In this document: positions 52,837 through 64,000 of the stretch, piece by piece
How positions within the stretch are numbered: position 1 is the stretch's first letter
Layout of the letters: each line of letters opens with the position of its first letter
NCBI GenBank assembly: GCA_023213395.1
Contig: CM041465.1
Span: 118,861,741-118,925,740 of the forward strand
DNA from: Cycas panzhihuaensis
Lineage: Eukaryota > Plantae > Cycadophyta
Direction: 5' to 3'
DNA length: 64,000 bases
The notes under the pieces: model-generated
The model's input: only the letters and a program-made list of their open reading frames with translations
What the model was told of the DNA's origin: nothing
Databases searched by the model: none
Position numbers and translations under genes: made by a program

Positions 52837-55800
52837 ATGGTATCATAAATGCTATTATCAAATATAATCAAACTCAATGGTATTAACAACTTTATCTCTT
52901 GGAATAAATAAGTAAAAAACCTACTAATTATGAATGACTTTTGGGCCTATATCAATGGTGACATACACTTATCTAGACTAACATAAGACCCTAATAACTC
53001 TAGCATCACAATTCCACTAGATCTTATTTCCTTAGCTAACTTTAAAGCTAAGAACAATATTGCTTTATCCTTCCTCTACTTCGTGGTAGAAGACCAAGTG
53101 GACTAAAATGTTGAGATAGCCCAAACATTGCATGAAGCATAGACCATCCTTTATGCTCTTTATAAGAGAAAAGATAAGTCGAGATCCTTAACTCTCAAAG
53201 GATATCTTTTTTCTATCCCATTTGTAGGTAATGTTACAGCCTATCTAACTAAGTTAAAGGCCATTAGAAACTAATTAATAATCTTAGGAGAACCTCCTTT
53301 AGACCATGATCTCATATCTAGCATTCTCAATATTCTCTCTATAAAATACAATAACTTTATCTCTAAGCTCCATGATAACTATACAAAATTAGATTTTATC
53401 ACCTTGGAGGGGATCCTTCTAAGAGAATAGAATATTCTCAATTGACTGGGGGTAATATCTACCTCTAGCTCGACCCTTGTACTTATAACCCAAAGCTCAG
53501 CGAGGGGCAAGATCGTACAATAGCCAGCTCAGTAGCCCAATTAACTTCAAAGTCTTTCTCAATAATTAGACTCCTTTAACATCTCTCAAGAGCCAAATTA
53601 GCTGCCAACTCAACATTAACCATATCAAGTTGGCACTTTCTCCAATCAAAGTTAACAGCCTCAGTAGTCCCAACAACCACCACAACCTTAAATAAAAAAG
53701 AATTAGCAGAGTAGACCTAATATCACCTATTTATATTATAAGAGAATTGGTCATATTACCATTGAATATAGGAGATGTTAGGTTGATCTACAAATATTGT
53801 AAAATTAAGGGAGCCAACCTTATGGGCCTAACTTCCAACAAGTAGCCTCATTTTATCTACAAGGAGCACCTAACTATCAATAAGGTGGATAAAGGTATCA
53901 ACAATAAGGATAAAGTTATCAATAAGAAGGATTATGCCCTCCATAACGAGCCCCTTATACATAATAAGGAGGCCCCATTCTATAATAAGGTACCCCCTAC
54001 TTCCAACTAGGAGGCCCTATCTCATAATAAGGTAGTGTTATCTATCCATAAGAAGGGCTATTATTTCAATAACTTGGCTAATTCTATCAGTAGAATTGGA
54101 CTCTAAGACCCAATTAAAGTCAATAATAGTAGAATAGGGAGCAGTTCCCACCCAAGAATCAAAAGAACCCCAACAGTCAATGAGGAGGCCATGTGGTAGA
54201 TACCTAGGACATCTCCTTATAAAACCTATTCTTCGTAACATTATCATCCCAGCATGGTGACAACTCATGGATTTTTTACTTAGGTGCCACTCACCATATG
54301 ATTGACTTAGAAAAGACATTGGAAGACACCTATCTAATAAGCACATAATAGTCACATTTGGTGATAACTTGACATATGATATAACCAAAATTAGAAGGGC
54401 CCTAATAGCATTAAAAGAATCTAACATTTGATACCATATTAATAATGTATTTCCCATTCCATGTATGAAAATGAATCTATTATTAGTCATCCAAATAGAT
54501 AAGTAGAACTTGGATGTCCTCTTTAGTTAGGGTATCTACACCATCACAGATCATGCAACTGGATAACTTGTAGTAATAGGCCATGAAGAAAATGTCTTAT
54601 AGAAACTTAATGAAATTTCTATAACCATAAATCCATCAACAACATCATGCTCAATAGCCTAAAGTATATAACATGATAAAGGGAAAGATTTCATGATGGA
54701 AGAATCCCCTTCTATCTAAGAACTAGGTGAATGCTCCTACTTAGATAAACCATCTACCTCTAATAGTGCCAAAGACTAGTTATGGCATCAACTCTTAGGT
54801 CACTTGAATATGTAGAGTTTGAACCTCATGTCACAACTTCATATGGTACATGGCTTACCCAAGATCAAGAGATATAGCAATATTTGTGAGGCATACCTTA
54901 TGGGAAAGTAGCAAAGAGAGAAATTCCTATCTAAGAATACATGGAGAGCCTCCCAACCATCGGAGTTACTCCACTCAAACATTTGTGGGCTTATGTTAGT
55001 CTAATCACTCAATGGTAGCTTGTATTTCATGGCATTCATAAATGATTATTATAGGAAAGTGTAAGTTTACTTCCTAAGAAATAAGTACCAAGCCTTAGAT
55101 AAATTCAAGGAGTTCAAAGCTGAGGTAGAAAATAAGAGTGGCATGACTATCAAGACACTCAGATCTGATAATGGTAGCAAATATATTTCCAATTAATTCA
55201 ACAATTTCTACAAAGAACATGGCATTAAATACCAGTTTTTAGCACCTCACATACCATAATAAAATAATGTAGCAAAGAGGATGAACCAAACATTGGTAAA
55301 TAAAGGAAAATCTATGCTAAGTGTTGTTAGCCTCGTCACTAGATTTTGGGTTGATGAAATTATGACTATTGTATACCTAACTAACATGAGTCTCACTATG
55401 GTAGTTAGGAATATCACTTATGAGGAAGCTTGGTCAAGTCTTAAACTAACTGTTGCATACTTCAAAACATTTATATGCATGGCATACAAACTTGTCCCAA
55501 AGGAAAGTAGAAAGAAGCTTGATGATAAAAACCTTAAGTGCATGTTCCTTTATTATGTACTTGGTTATAAATCCTATGAGGTGTTTGATATTATTGGGAA
55601 CCAAGCATATATAACTTGAGATGTTATCTTACAGAAGATTCATAGGACCTAAATTTACCTCAAATTCAATTTATAGTAGTAGATGAAATTGGTGCACCTC
55701 AAGTGCCTCTTAGATAAATTTTAGAGCGACCAATACCAACCTCTTCTAACATACTAAGTATTTCATCAATTTTAGTAATCTCCACTTGTACAATAGAAGA

Positions 55801-57500
55801 AAGAATAAATATGCCACCTATTTTAGTTGATAACAATTAGATGGAAGCCACCAACATTCAACTACCTCCCAAGTAGGTTCAATAGTTATTAAAGGATGCT
55901 CCTCCTCCCATAACTGCTAAAAGACCATCAAAGATGAGACACTTTACCATTTTTTCCCTAATGGCACATGTCTTAGAAACATCTGAGCCTTCCACATTTA
56001 AGGAGGTAGTCAAAGACCAAACATGGAAAGCAACCATAGATGAAGAGATGAACTTCATCCTTAAAAATAAAACTTAGAAGCTGATAGAATTACCACTTGG
56101 AAAAAAGGCAATTAATTATAGATGAATATATAAAACCAAATTCTATGTAGATGGCATCATTGAGCATCATAAAATTTATCTTGTAGCAAAAGATTTTAAA
56201 TAATAAGAAGGGGTAAACTATGATGAGACCTTTGCACCAATGGCTAACATGACCACATTCTATTTAGTAATATCACTAACAGTCTAATTCAATTGGCTGG
56301 TCTACCAAATGGATGTAAAGAGTGCTTTCCTTAATGGAGAGCTTACAAAAGAGGTTTTCTTAAAGCAATCTCCTAGCTATATTGTTCTAGGTCAAGAACA
56401 TGTAGTTTATAAGCTTAAGAAAGCCTTATATAGACTAAAGTAGGCACCACATACTTGGTATACAAAGATTGATGCCTTCCTCACTCAGAATAGATTTAAT
56501 TATTTACCTTCTGACCTAGATTTATACATTTGGGTTAGAGATAACTTGATCACAATCATTATTCTTTATGTGGATGATCTTACAATCATAGGCAACGACA
56601 CTGAAGGCATAGGTTGGCTATAGTTAAAACTAAAAAGTAACTTTAAGATGATAGATATTAGGTTGTTTTATTATTTCCTTATAACTAAAGTTTGGTAGAA
56701 ACTAGGCTACATCTTCCTGTCTCAAACAAAATATACCAATGAGCTCTTACAAAGATTTAGGATGATAGATTATAAGCCAATACTAATACCTATGGAAATA
56801 GGAACCAAGCTAAACCTAGATGAGAAAGGGAAGCCATTTAATCCCACCTTATACTAGTAATTAGTTGAGAGTCTTATTTATCTCATCCATATTCAACCAG
56901 ATATCTCTTATGTAGTTGGGATCTATTCTAGGTATATGTCAAAGCCTAAAGCATTCTACTAGAAATCCACAACTAGGATCCTTAAATACATTCATGGTAC
57001 ATATCAGTTTGGACTTGATTATAATCAAACTGAGTCCCCTATTCTAAAATGACATATAGATGTTGATTGGGTAGGTTGTTAAGACACTCACCATTCAACT
57101 TCAGGATACTATTTTGACATGAAGTCAGTTGTAATCTCTTTAAGCTATAAGAAAAAGTCAAATGTTACTCTTTCCTCAATTAAATATGAATGTTAAATAG
57201 TTGTTCATGCCACTACAAATTTGATTTAGCTTAGAAGGATTCTCATTAAGCTTAGACTTTAACAAAATATACCTACCACTCTTTACTGTGACAATTAGAG
57301 TGTGTTGAAGATGATGAAGAATATTGTCTTCTATGTTAGAACCAAGCATATTGAGGTCCATCATTACTTCATCCATGAACATATCCAAAATGGAGAAGTT
57401 GATCTCATCTATTGGCTAATTGAGGACTTGGTCGCAGATATCTTCACTAAAGTACCTAGCAAAACTAAGTTTGAATAGTTTCAACATGACATCAACATCA
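52837..57500 (+). pseudogene. gag-pol of I (degenerate)
   Basis: gag IKLNGINN..., LWHQLLGHLN, LRSDNG, ORF 55281-55619 (integrase), YQMDVKSAFLNG, LYVDDL, RTKHIEVHHYF. Confidence 0.92.
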
Positions 57501-57529
57501 AATATAATGAAGCTTCTATTAAGGGAGGG

Positions 57530-57882
57530 TATTAAAACTAATAATGTCACTTTCATTACCATGTATTATACATGTACTAATATATATTTATGTAATATTA
57601 GGTGACCCTCATATGTAATTTAATCATATTATGGAAATCTATCATATCTGCCACTTGTGTCAATATGTCAACCAATTATATTATTGTAAACCTTGGTAGA
57701 TTACCTATATATTGGGCATTTTCCATATTATTTATTTATTAGATTATTGTTAATGCAAAATCTCTACTAAATTAGAGCATCGCAGAGTGACAAATTTTCT
57801 TGTGAATCTTTACACATCTTAGTTCTACTCTTGTGTGATTGAATAGTTCATTATTTTAATAGTCTTGCTTTGTATTTTAACA
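57530..57882 (+). repeat. 3' LTR of I
   Basis: Follows the PPT; ends GTATTTTAACA. Confidence 0.85.
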
Positions 57883-59293
57883 AATGCATATAGTATTCAT
57901 ATCTTGAAAGTGTTTTTATATTAAAGCAAGATTTTAAAGACATAAAACTAGTTTAAATAATCTATCTTTAGTTATTTTTCCTTTGGAAACCATGAAATAA
58001 TTCTTTTTTCTGTCATAGATTTTGCATTCTCTATTATCAAATGCTAACCTATATCTTTGCTCCATCATTTAGTCAATTGACAATAGGTTCCTCATCAATC
58101 CTAGAACAATCAAAACATTATAAGCACCTTTGTTCTCTCTATTATTTGTTTTAATGGAAATGATTCCTTTTCCTTAAATCTCCTATATATTATCATCTCT
58201 AAAAATAACTTTCCATTTCTAATCTTTATCAATCTTTAAAAAGGATTTAGTATTATGAGTCATATGGGTTGAGAATCCATAATCAATAAACCATACATCT
58301 TGTTGAAGAGCTAGCTATCAAGCTACTATAAAATAGACTCTTACCTTTTGATGTATTACTTGGCATATCTGTAACTATATTTATTGAATAATAATTTTTA
58401 GCCAAATCACCATACCTACCATACCTATAACATTGAGGTCTATAATCTCTACCTCTCCCTTGAAATATACCTTTACTTTGAAGTGTAAAATTCCAACCTC
58501 TTCCTTGACTTTGTCCTCTTGATCTTCCTCCTAAATAATTTCCTTGATTTTCTTCATACAAATTTTGTTAGAAATTTGCTTCTTAAGGAAAATTTATCCT
58601 TTAAGAATTTAGTTTCCTAAATCTCCCCCTCAAGTTAGTTGTTGAGGCTAATGCTTGATCTAAATTCTTATTTGTAGTTTTATTTTACTCTTTTCTTCCA
58701 CATTATGTAGCATAGATATTACTTAATTAATAGTTAAAGTAGATAAGTCCTTTATTACCTCAATATAGTAGTCATAATGTTCTCAAATTTGATGATTTCA
58801 CTTACACTCCTTAGTATCTTCTTCACCTTTCTCTATTTAGAAATCTATTCTTCTAAATATGCCATTTGATTAACTAAATTGTATACCTTTGTAATAAACT
58901 TATTAATGGATTTCGTAGGCATCATCATCATATTCTCATAATTTTATCTCAAATTCTATAGCCTTTGAGGTGCAACACCTTTATAACTAGCCTTCAAAAT
59001 ATTCCATGCCTCATGAGAAGTAGTAACTCCATATATATAAGGAAATATATACTCAATTATAGCTCCATACATAATAATGATTGTCTCACTATATTTCCTT
59101 AAGAGTTGTTCTTTTTGTATCTTTTGATTAGGTAGCTGAGTCTTAGGTGGTATCAATTGTGATTCTATAAATCTATGAGAAACAAACTCTCATAAATCTT
59201 TAATTATAAAACAACTTGTACTTGCCTTAACCATGGTAGATAATTACTTCCATTAAACTTTGGCAATAATTGACTAACATTATATGTTGCTAT
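57883..59293 (-). pseudogene. gag-protease of H
   Basis: LLPKFNGSNYLPW; ORF 58956-59156 (TSHEAWNILKASYKG); ORF 58283-58561 (RG-rich region and decayed zinc knuckle). Confidence 0.85.
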
Positions 59294-60609
59294 AATAACA
59301 AGAGAACCTTATCCCTTAATCAGGACCACCTTCTACTACTAGATCCTTAATAGAACTTAAAAATTAGAATAATTTAACACTGATTTTTTACATATAAATA
59401 GGGTTCAAAATAACCTTCCTTATCATTTATTAGAGATAGAAGGAATGATAGAAAGGTTTAACATAGATAGACATTTTTAAATTTTACTTAAGGTTCTAAT
59501 AACGTTTCTCAACTTTGGGCTTAAAATACCATACTAAAATAACACCAAAATATATCAAATCATATACCAAAATGAATATCTCTGAGTTAATGATTTAGAT
59601 GGTTCAAAAAATTAACTCTTATAACTCAAGATATTAAAGAAAATACACAAGTACCCCTTTATGAAAAATGAAAAAAAAAAAGACTTTAGGCTTTAGAACC
59701 CTTCACTACTTAGTTGCTAATTATATGAGGCTTGTATAGGACTATCTATTAAGAGATAGAGGGCTAGCAACCACTAGATATCAAAAACTTACTCAATATA
59801 GTTTATCTTTTTGTAAACATTTAAAGGAAAAAAAATATAACTAAGATTAAAAGATTACCAAGTCTATATGATTGAGATTTGATCAATGGTGAGTAGGATG
59901 GTCGAAGAATGATGAGAAAACTTAAGTTGAAATTTAAATTGATATAATTTCAATCAAATCAAAAAGAGAGATCTTGTCAATAATCCATAAGTAGCCATAA
60001 ACAAGTGAAAAGCTTCATGAAGAGGGCAACAGAGGGTGATGGTGATGATGATGATGATATATTGCCAAATTAACATAGACTCTAATTGATTACTACATAG
60101 GCTTTCCTTTAGTAGTGATTAGCTCATAATAGGTAGTGATAGATATGGCATTACAACTCAATGATAGGATTTTCACATGATAGAAATAAAATGAAATTAC
60201 AATAATTACAAGACACCAAATGATCAACTGAATAGAGAATGGAATAGAAGCTCACAGTAGAAATAGATAAGTGATGTTAGCAAAAGCATGACACCAAATC
60301 GTTAAGTCAACATAGGGCACAATCTCCATGGCTATAGGTGATCCATCATCAAAAAAACATAAAAACAAATAGGCCACTAATGGAATAATAACCAAATGAC
60401 TAGAATGGACTAGTAAGTAGTAATTAATAAAAAGAAATAAATGAACTAACCACATAGGTACAATAGTTTAGGGTTTAATTTTAACACTTATAAAAAGCAT
60501 AATCTCACATGGCATTGGTACAACTGATAAACTTTCAATAGACAAAATTCTCCCAAGCTAGAAAACCTTTAAAATAAAGAACTTGGCAACCAACCTTGCT
60601 CTAATACCA

Positions 60610-60843
60610 TGTGAAAAAAGAAATAAATAAGCAAAATGTAGAACAACCCAGAATGCAAAATAGTATCATAAGATACCTTGAATTAATTTAGATAAAAATA
60701 TTATAATATATAATATGTTTATATACTCATTAATTTGATGAGTATATAATATTTTAATTTGATTTTATAGGCCCACTAGGCATTGAAAACCATATAATAC
60801 TTTTATGCATAAATGTGCATTACAAATCACTTATTTTCTAATA
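60610..60843 (-). repeat. 5' LTR of H
   Basis: TGTGAAAAAAGAAAT...TTTTCTAATA, adjacent to the PBS. Confidence 0.9.
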
Positions 60844-62225
60844 GGTAGAAAGATGATGTAGAAGCAGAAAAGGAAAATTTTGTATAGTTACCATGCAAGA
60901 ATATAGTACAAAGGCTCAATTTAGAGTAATATTTCTATATGAAAATAACATCAACCATTTTTTATTTAAGATTCTAACAGTTTATATGGTTTAAAAAATA
61001 AACTCCTAAAACTCAAGATATTAAAGAAAATACATAGATACCTTTTTAAAAAAATAAAATTGGGCAAGTTAGGGTTTAGAAACTTTTAATAATTAATAGT
61101 TGGTCATATATGACTATAAAGGACTAGGGACTAAAGTCACTAAGAAGCTAGTGGTTAGATTTTTAATACATTCCAATATAGTTTAATTTAGTAAAAACAA
61201 AAAAACTAGGTCAAATAATTCATCTGTATATATAGATTTAAGTGATTATAAGAATGAAACTTGATTTACCGATCAAAATCACAAGTATACATATCAATGA
61301 TGGATTTACTAACATAAGCTTAGAAAAATTTTGGGATAGGAGATCATGGTAGATGTTAAATAATGGCAAATTACTTTGGCTCTTCCAGTAAAGGATATCG
61401 TAGTTGATGATGATCATGTTAAGCTCAACACTATTCCATGATAGGTTGAGTAAGTATAACCAATGAAATGGATCTTCAACAACTAAATAGGTGATACAAA
61501 TAAGTGTAAACTATACAAGATAAGTCATTCATGATATATCTCTGCTAAAATAAAGATGGTATAGGTTAAGAACTTTACAGACAAACAAAAGATATATGAT
61601 CTCACTCTAGTAACCTATAGAAGGGTATAAATTATGTGTAATATGTACTAACAATATAGTCATGGGTGTAATGCTCAATAGAGGTACTAACCACATAGAT
61701 ATTTATAGTGAAGGAGTTTTCTTTAATGGTATTGCCTAGAATGAGAGGCATAGTCAAAGCATATTTAAGATTTTCATGTATAAAATGAAGATATAGGTAG
61801 GGTTTTCATGTACAAACTTCATGTAGGGCATAAACAAATTAATAAACAGAATGACCAAATGAAACCAAATGGAGATCAATGGACCAAATGAGAACAAATA
61901 ACACAAATGAAAGGAAATGACTCTATAAATAGAATTGAACAAACTATAACTAGGTGAAATGGCTCTAAAATTTGGCGCATCTACCAATCCAAGCTTAGAA
62001 ATACTTTTATAGGTATAAGTCAACTTAACGTTTCATCCTAAAACACCATAATGTCATAAATGCAATAAACAACTAGCGAACAAGCTCTATAGATCCACCT
62101 CCATAAATAACATAATAGTAAACTAGAAAACACATCAATAATGATAAACCTACAATAAATAAATTTCTCCTAATGAAACTCTAATATTTCACCTTAGCTC
62201 TGACTCCATCTTAGCTCTGATACCA

Positions 62226-62539
62226 TGTTAGAAATATAAATTCACTCTAATGCCATGTAGAAAATGAAATTGATAGAAAATAGTAATGCAAAAATAAAAA
62301 TAATAAAAATTGCCATGATCACAATAGTGCCTTAAAGGTACCTTAACTTGGATTAACACCATAAAAATATTGTTACAACAATATGTCAATATAGTACATT
62401 AAGTGTATATATGTATTTATAGTATATAACTTGGTTATGCATGGAACCCACCATAAAATACTAGCATCATAACAAAATTAATTTCATAAATATGCATTAT
62501 AATATTACCTCGTGAAGCATGAATTGAGTTATTATAAAA
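62226..62539 (-). repeat. 5' LTR of F
   Basis: Homologous to 27441-27715; adjacent to the PBS. Confidence 0.85.
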
Positions 62540-62625
62540 GTCCCTATTATGAGACACTCCTACTTGCCTCATATAGGTTTGCATTTGGATAGTCCTAATG
62601 ATCATTAAGTGTTTGGTAGCTCTCA

Positions 62626-64000
62626 TGTGATATTTTTTTATAGGTAGAAAGAAGGAAAGGAATTACATAAATGCTTCAATAAGGACACGTGCAACAAATA
62701 GAAACATATCCTTAACGTTAAGTTAGGGAAGAGCCTCTTTTGTATCTTATTTAATTATTATTTAGTAAAAGAAAAAGAGGAATATTCATTTATTTTATGA
62801 GTCAAGACTCTTTTTAAGTGATCTTAAATTAGATCTACTTCAAAAAATAAGAAGAAAGGCTAAAATAAAGCTCTTACGAGCCCAATAGTCTAAATACCCT
62901 AAATGAATTAACTTATAAAAGATGATTTATAAATAAATTATACTTCTCTATTTATAGGTATCATAATTAATTACCTTTTAAAAAATTAACTTTCTAATAG
63001 TATAACTAACTTTTAATAATAATAATAATAATATTTACTTCTAATAATTACAATTAGTAATTTATCATATTTATTGTTGACTTCCATAATTATATTAGAT
63101 CATAGCAAGTATCTCCCCTTAAAAGAATTGCTTTGCCCACAAAGCATTGATAAATATAGGCGATCTTGGATGAATTATTTATTTTCCCAAGTTGCCTCTT
63201 ATTGTAGTAGTCCCTTCTATTTGATCAAGTATTATATGATATTTCATGATTTAAGCTTGCATTGGAAGATATCCATAATTCCTTCTACCTTGATCATAAG
63301 TTTCCATTCCCCATCTATTACTGATAGATTTGTCACCACCATTGTGGGATATCCCAATTTTATTTTTGGTTTAGAAATGTGGAAGACATCATGAATCTTA
63401 TTTATTTGAGGTAGATTAAGAGCATAAACTACTTCTCTAATCTTTCTCTAGACCTTATATAGGCCATAAAACTAGTGTATGAATTTATACTTTCCTTGTT
63501 GCTTGAGAGATGTCTCCTTATATATTTATAGCTTTATATATACCTGATCTCCTATCCTATATTATTTTTTGATCTTTTTATAGTTTTCTTGCCATTTTAT
63601 TTGATTTGTTGTAGTGTCATAGTGTTGCTTGTTATCTACTAAGATTTTCTCTAATTATGATATCAACTTTTCTACTATTAGAGTTTTTGTTGTATTTCAA
63701 ATGTAATCCACTAATACTATAGATGGGTAGCTTTAAAATGCCATGAAGGGTATTTTCTTGATAGAAGAATGGTAATTGGTATTACACCAATATTTAACTA
63801 AGTGAATCCATCTTATCCATTTGGATTAGTTATCCTTTATATAGCATTGCAAATATGTCTCTAAGATCTTGTTGACCACTTTGGTTTAACTACCCATTTG
63901 TGAGTGGTGCGATGTGCTCATGGCAAGCTAAGTTCTTACTAATCTTAATAAGTCTTTCTAAAAATAGCTTATAAATTTTAGATCTCTTTTATTACTTATC
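62626..64000 (-). mobile_element. 3' part of Ty3/gypsy chromovirus J (integrase, chromodomain, PPT, probable 3' LTR), running off the window
   Basis: MSTSHHSQMGS*TKVVNKILETYLQCY (~63850-63920), KFYGLYKV...IHDVFHIS (GPY/F module), chromodomain YLIK*KGLLQ*EATWE (~63185-63235), PPT rc AAGGGGAGAT at 63111-63120. The LTR ends near 63107; its left boundary is uncertain. Confidence 0.8.

Larger units (their letters stand above)
50556..57882 (+). mobile_element. Full-length Ty1/copia element I (G family), nested in H
   Basis: LTRs 50556-50891 and 57530-57882. Decayed PBS TTGTATTAGAGC at 50892-50903, PPT TTAAGGGAGGG at 57519-57529. No clear TSD. Confidence 0.9.
48298..60843 (-). mobile_element. Ty1/copia element H, interrupted by I
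   Basis: LTRs 48298-48532 and 60610-60843. TSD AGTAG/GGTAG. PBS at 60598-60609, PPT rc TGGGGAAG at 48533-48540. Confidence 0.9.
27441..62539 (-). mobile_element. Non-autonomous copia-derived LTR element F (~3.5 kb of own sequence), host of the LINE, G and H
   Basis: LTR pair 27441-27715 and 62226-62539. TSD ATCCT/GTCCC (two transitions). PBS rc TGGTATCAGAGC at 62214-62225. Internal pieces: RNase H tip ~27740-27950, gag and tail 34345-35160, leader 35160-35345, 48199-48297 and 60849-62213. Confidence 0.8.

Noticed and set aside
53820-54040. 21-bp periodic repeats as a possible CRISPR-like array
   Set aside because: They are contiguous degenerate tandem coding repeats without spacers, inside a eukaryotic gag.
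54038-54490. 150-aa minus-strand ORF
   Set aside because: Antisense to the gag-protease of I. The same applies to ORFs 7716-8027, 32462-32791, 35683-35949, 43645-43908, 57176-57388 and 63074-63394.
60000-62200. Hydrophobic short ORFs 60252-60455 and 61754-62023 as env-like genes
   Set aside because: They lie in T-rich 5' leaders rather than downstream of pol, and their hydrophobicity follows from base composition.
1-64000. Excess of minus-strand LTR elements (8 vs 3)
   Set aside because: The sample is too small to distinguish from chance.

Overview
This is AT-rich, strongly CpG- and CpA/TpG-depleted eukaryotic (land-plant-type) intergenic DNA, built almost entirely of decayed, nested retrotransposons. 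I found no host gene, RNA gene or CRISPR array. Labels A-J are mine. A is a partial Ty1/copia (+, 1-~2570) containing a small inverted-repeat insert. B1 is a full-length copia (-, 3375-8738, TSD CATAA). E is an old chromodomain Ty3/gypsy (-, 9271-25455) that hosts D, a non-autonomous copia derivative (+, 15104-24652, TSD CCTAA), which in turn hosts copia C (-, 17090-23301). F is a ~3.5-kb non-autonomous copia derivative (-, 27441-62539) expanded to 35 kb by an L1 LINE with RNase H (+, ~28200-34341), copia G (-, 35346-48193) and copia H (-, 48298-60843). G hosts B2, which hosts a solo LTR; H hosts copia I. J is the 3' end of another chromovirus (-, to the window end). All coding regions are pseudogenised, mostly by C->T/G->A changes that create TAA/TAG. 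The most notable points are two elements (D, F) with different LTRs but the same 'half-Gag + acidic tail + RNase H tip' design, an LTR that has absorbed its own PBS, a Gln-rich prion-like Gag region with variable heptapeptide repeats, a leader module shared across families, and a RIP-like CpA->TpA signature. I cannot claim a wholly new system from the sequence alone. All alignments were made by eye.
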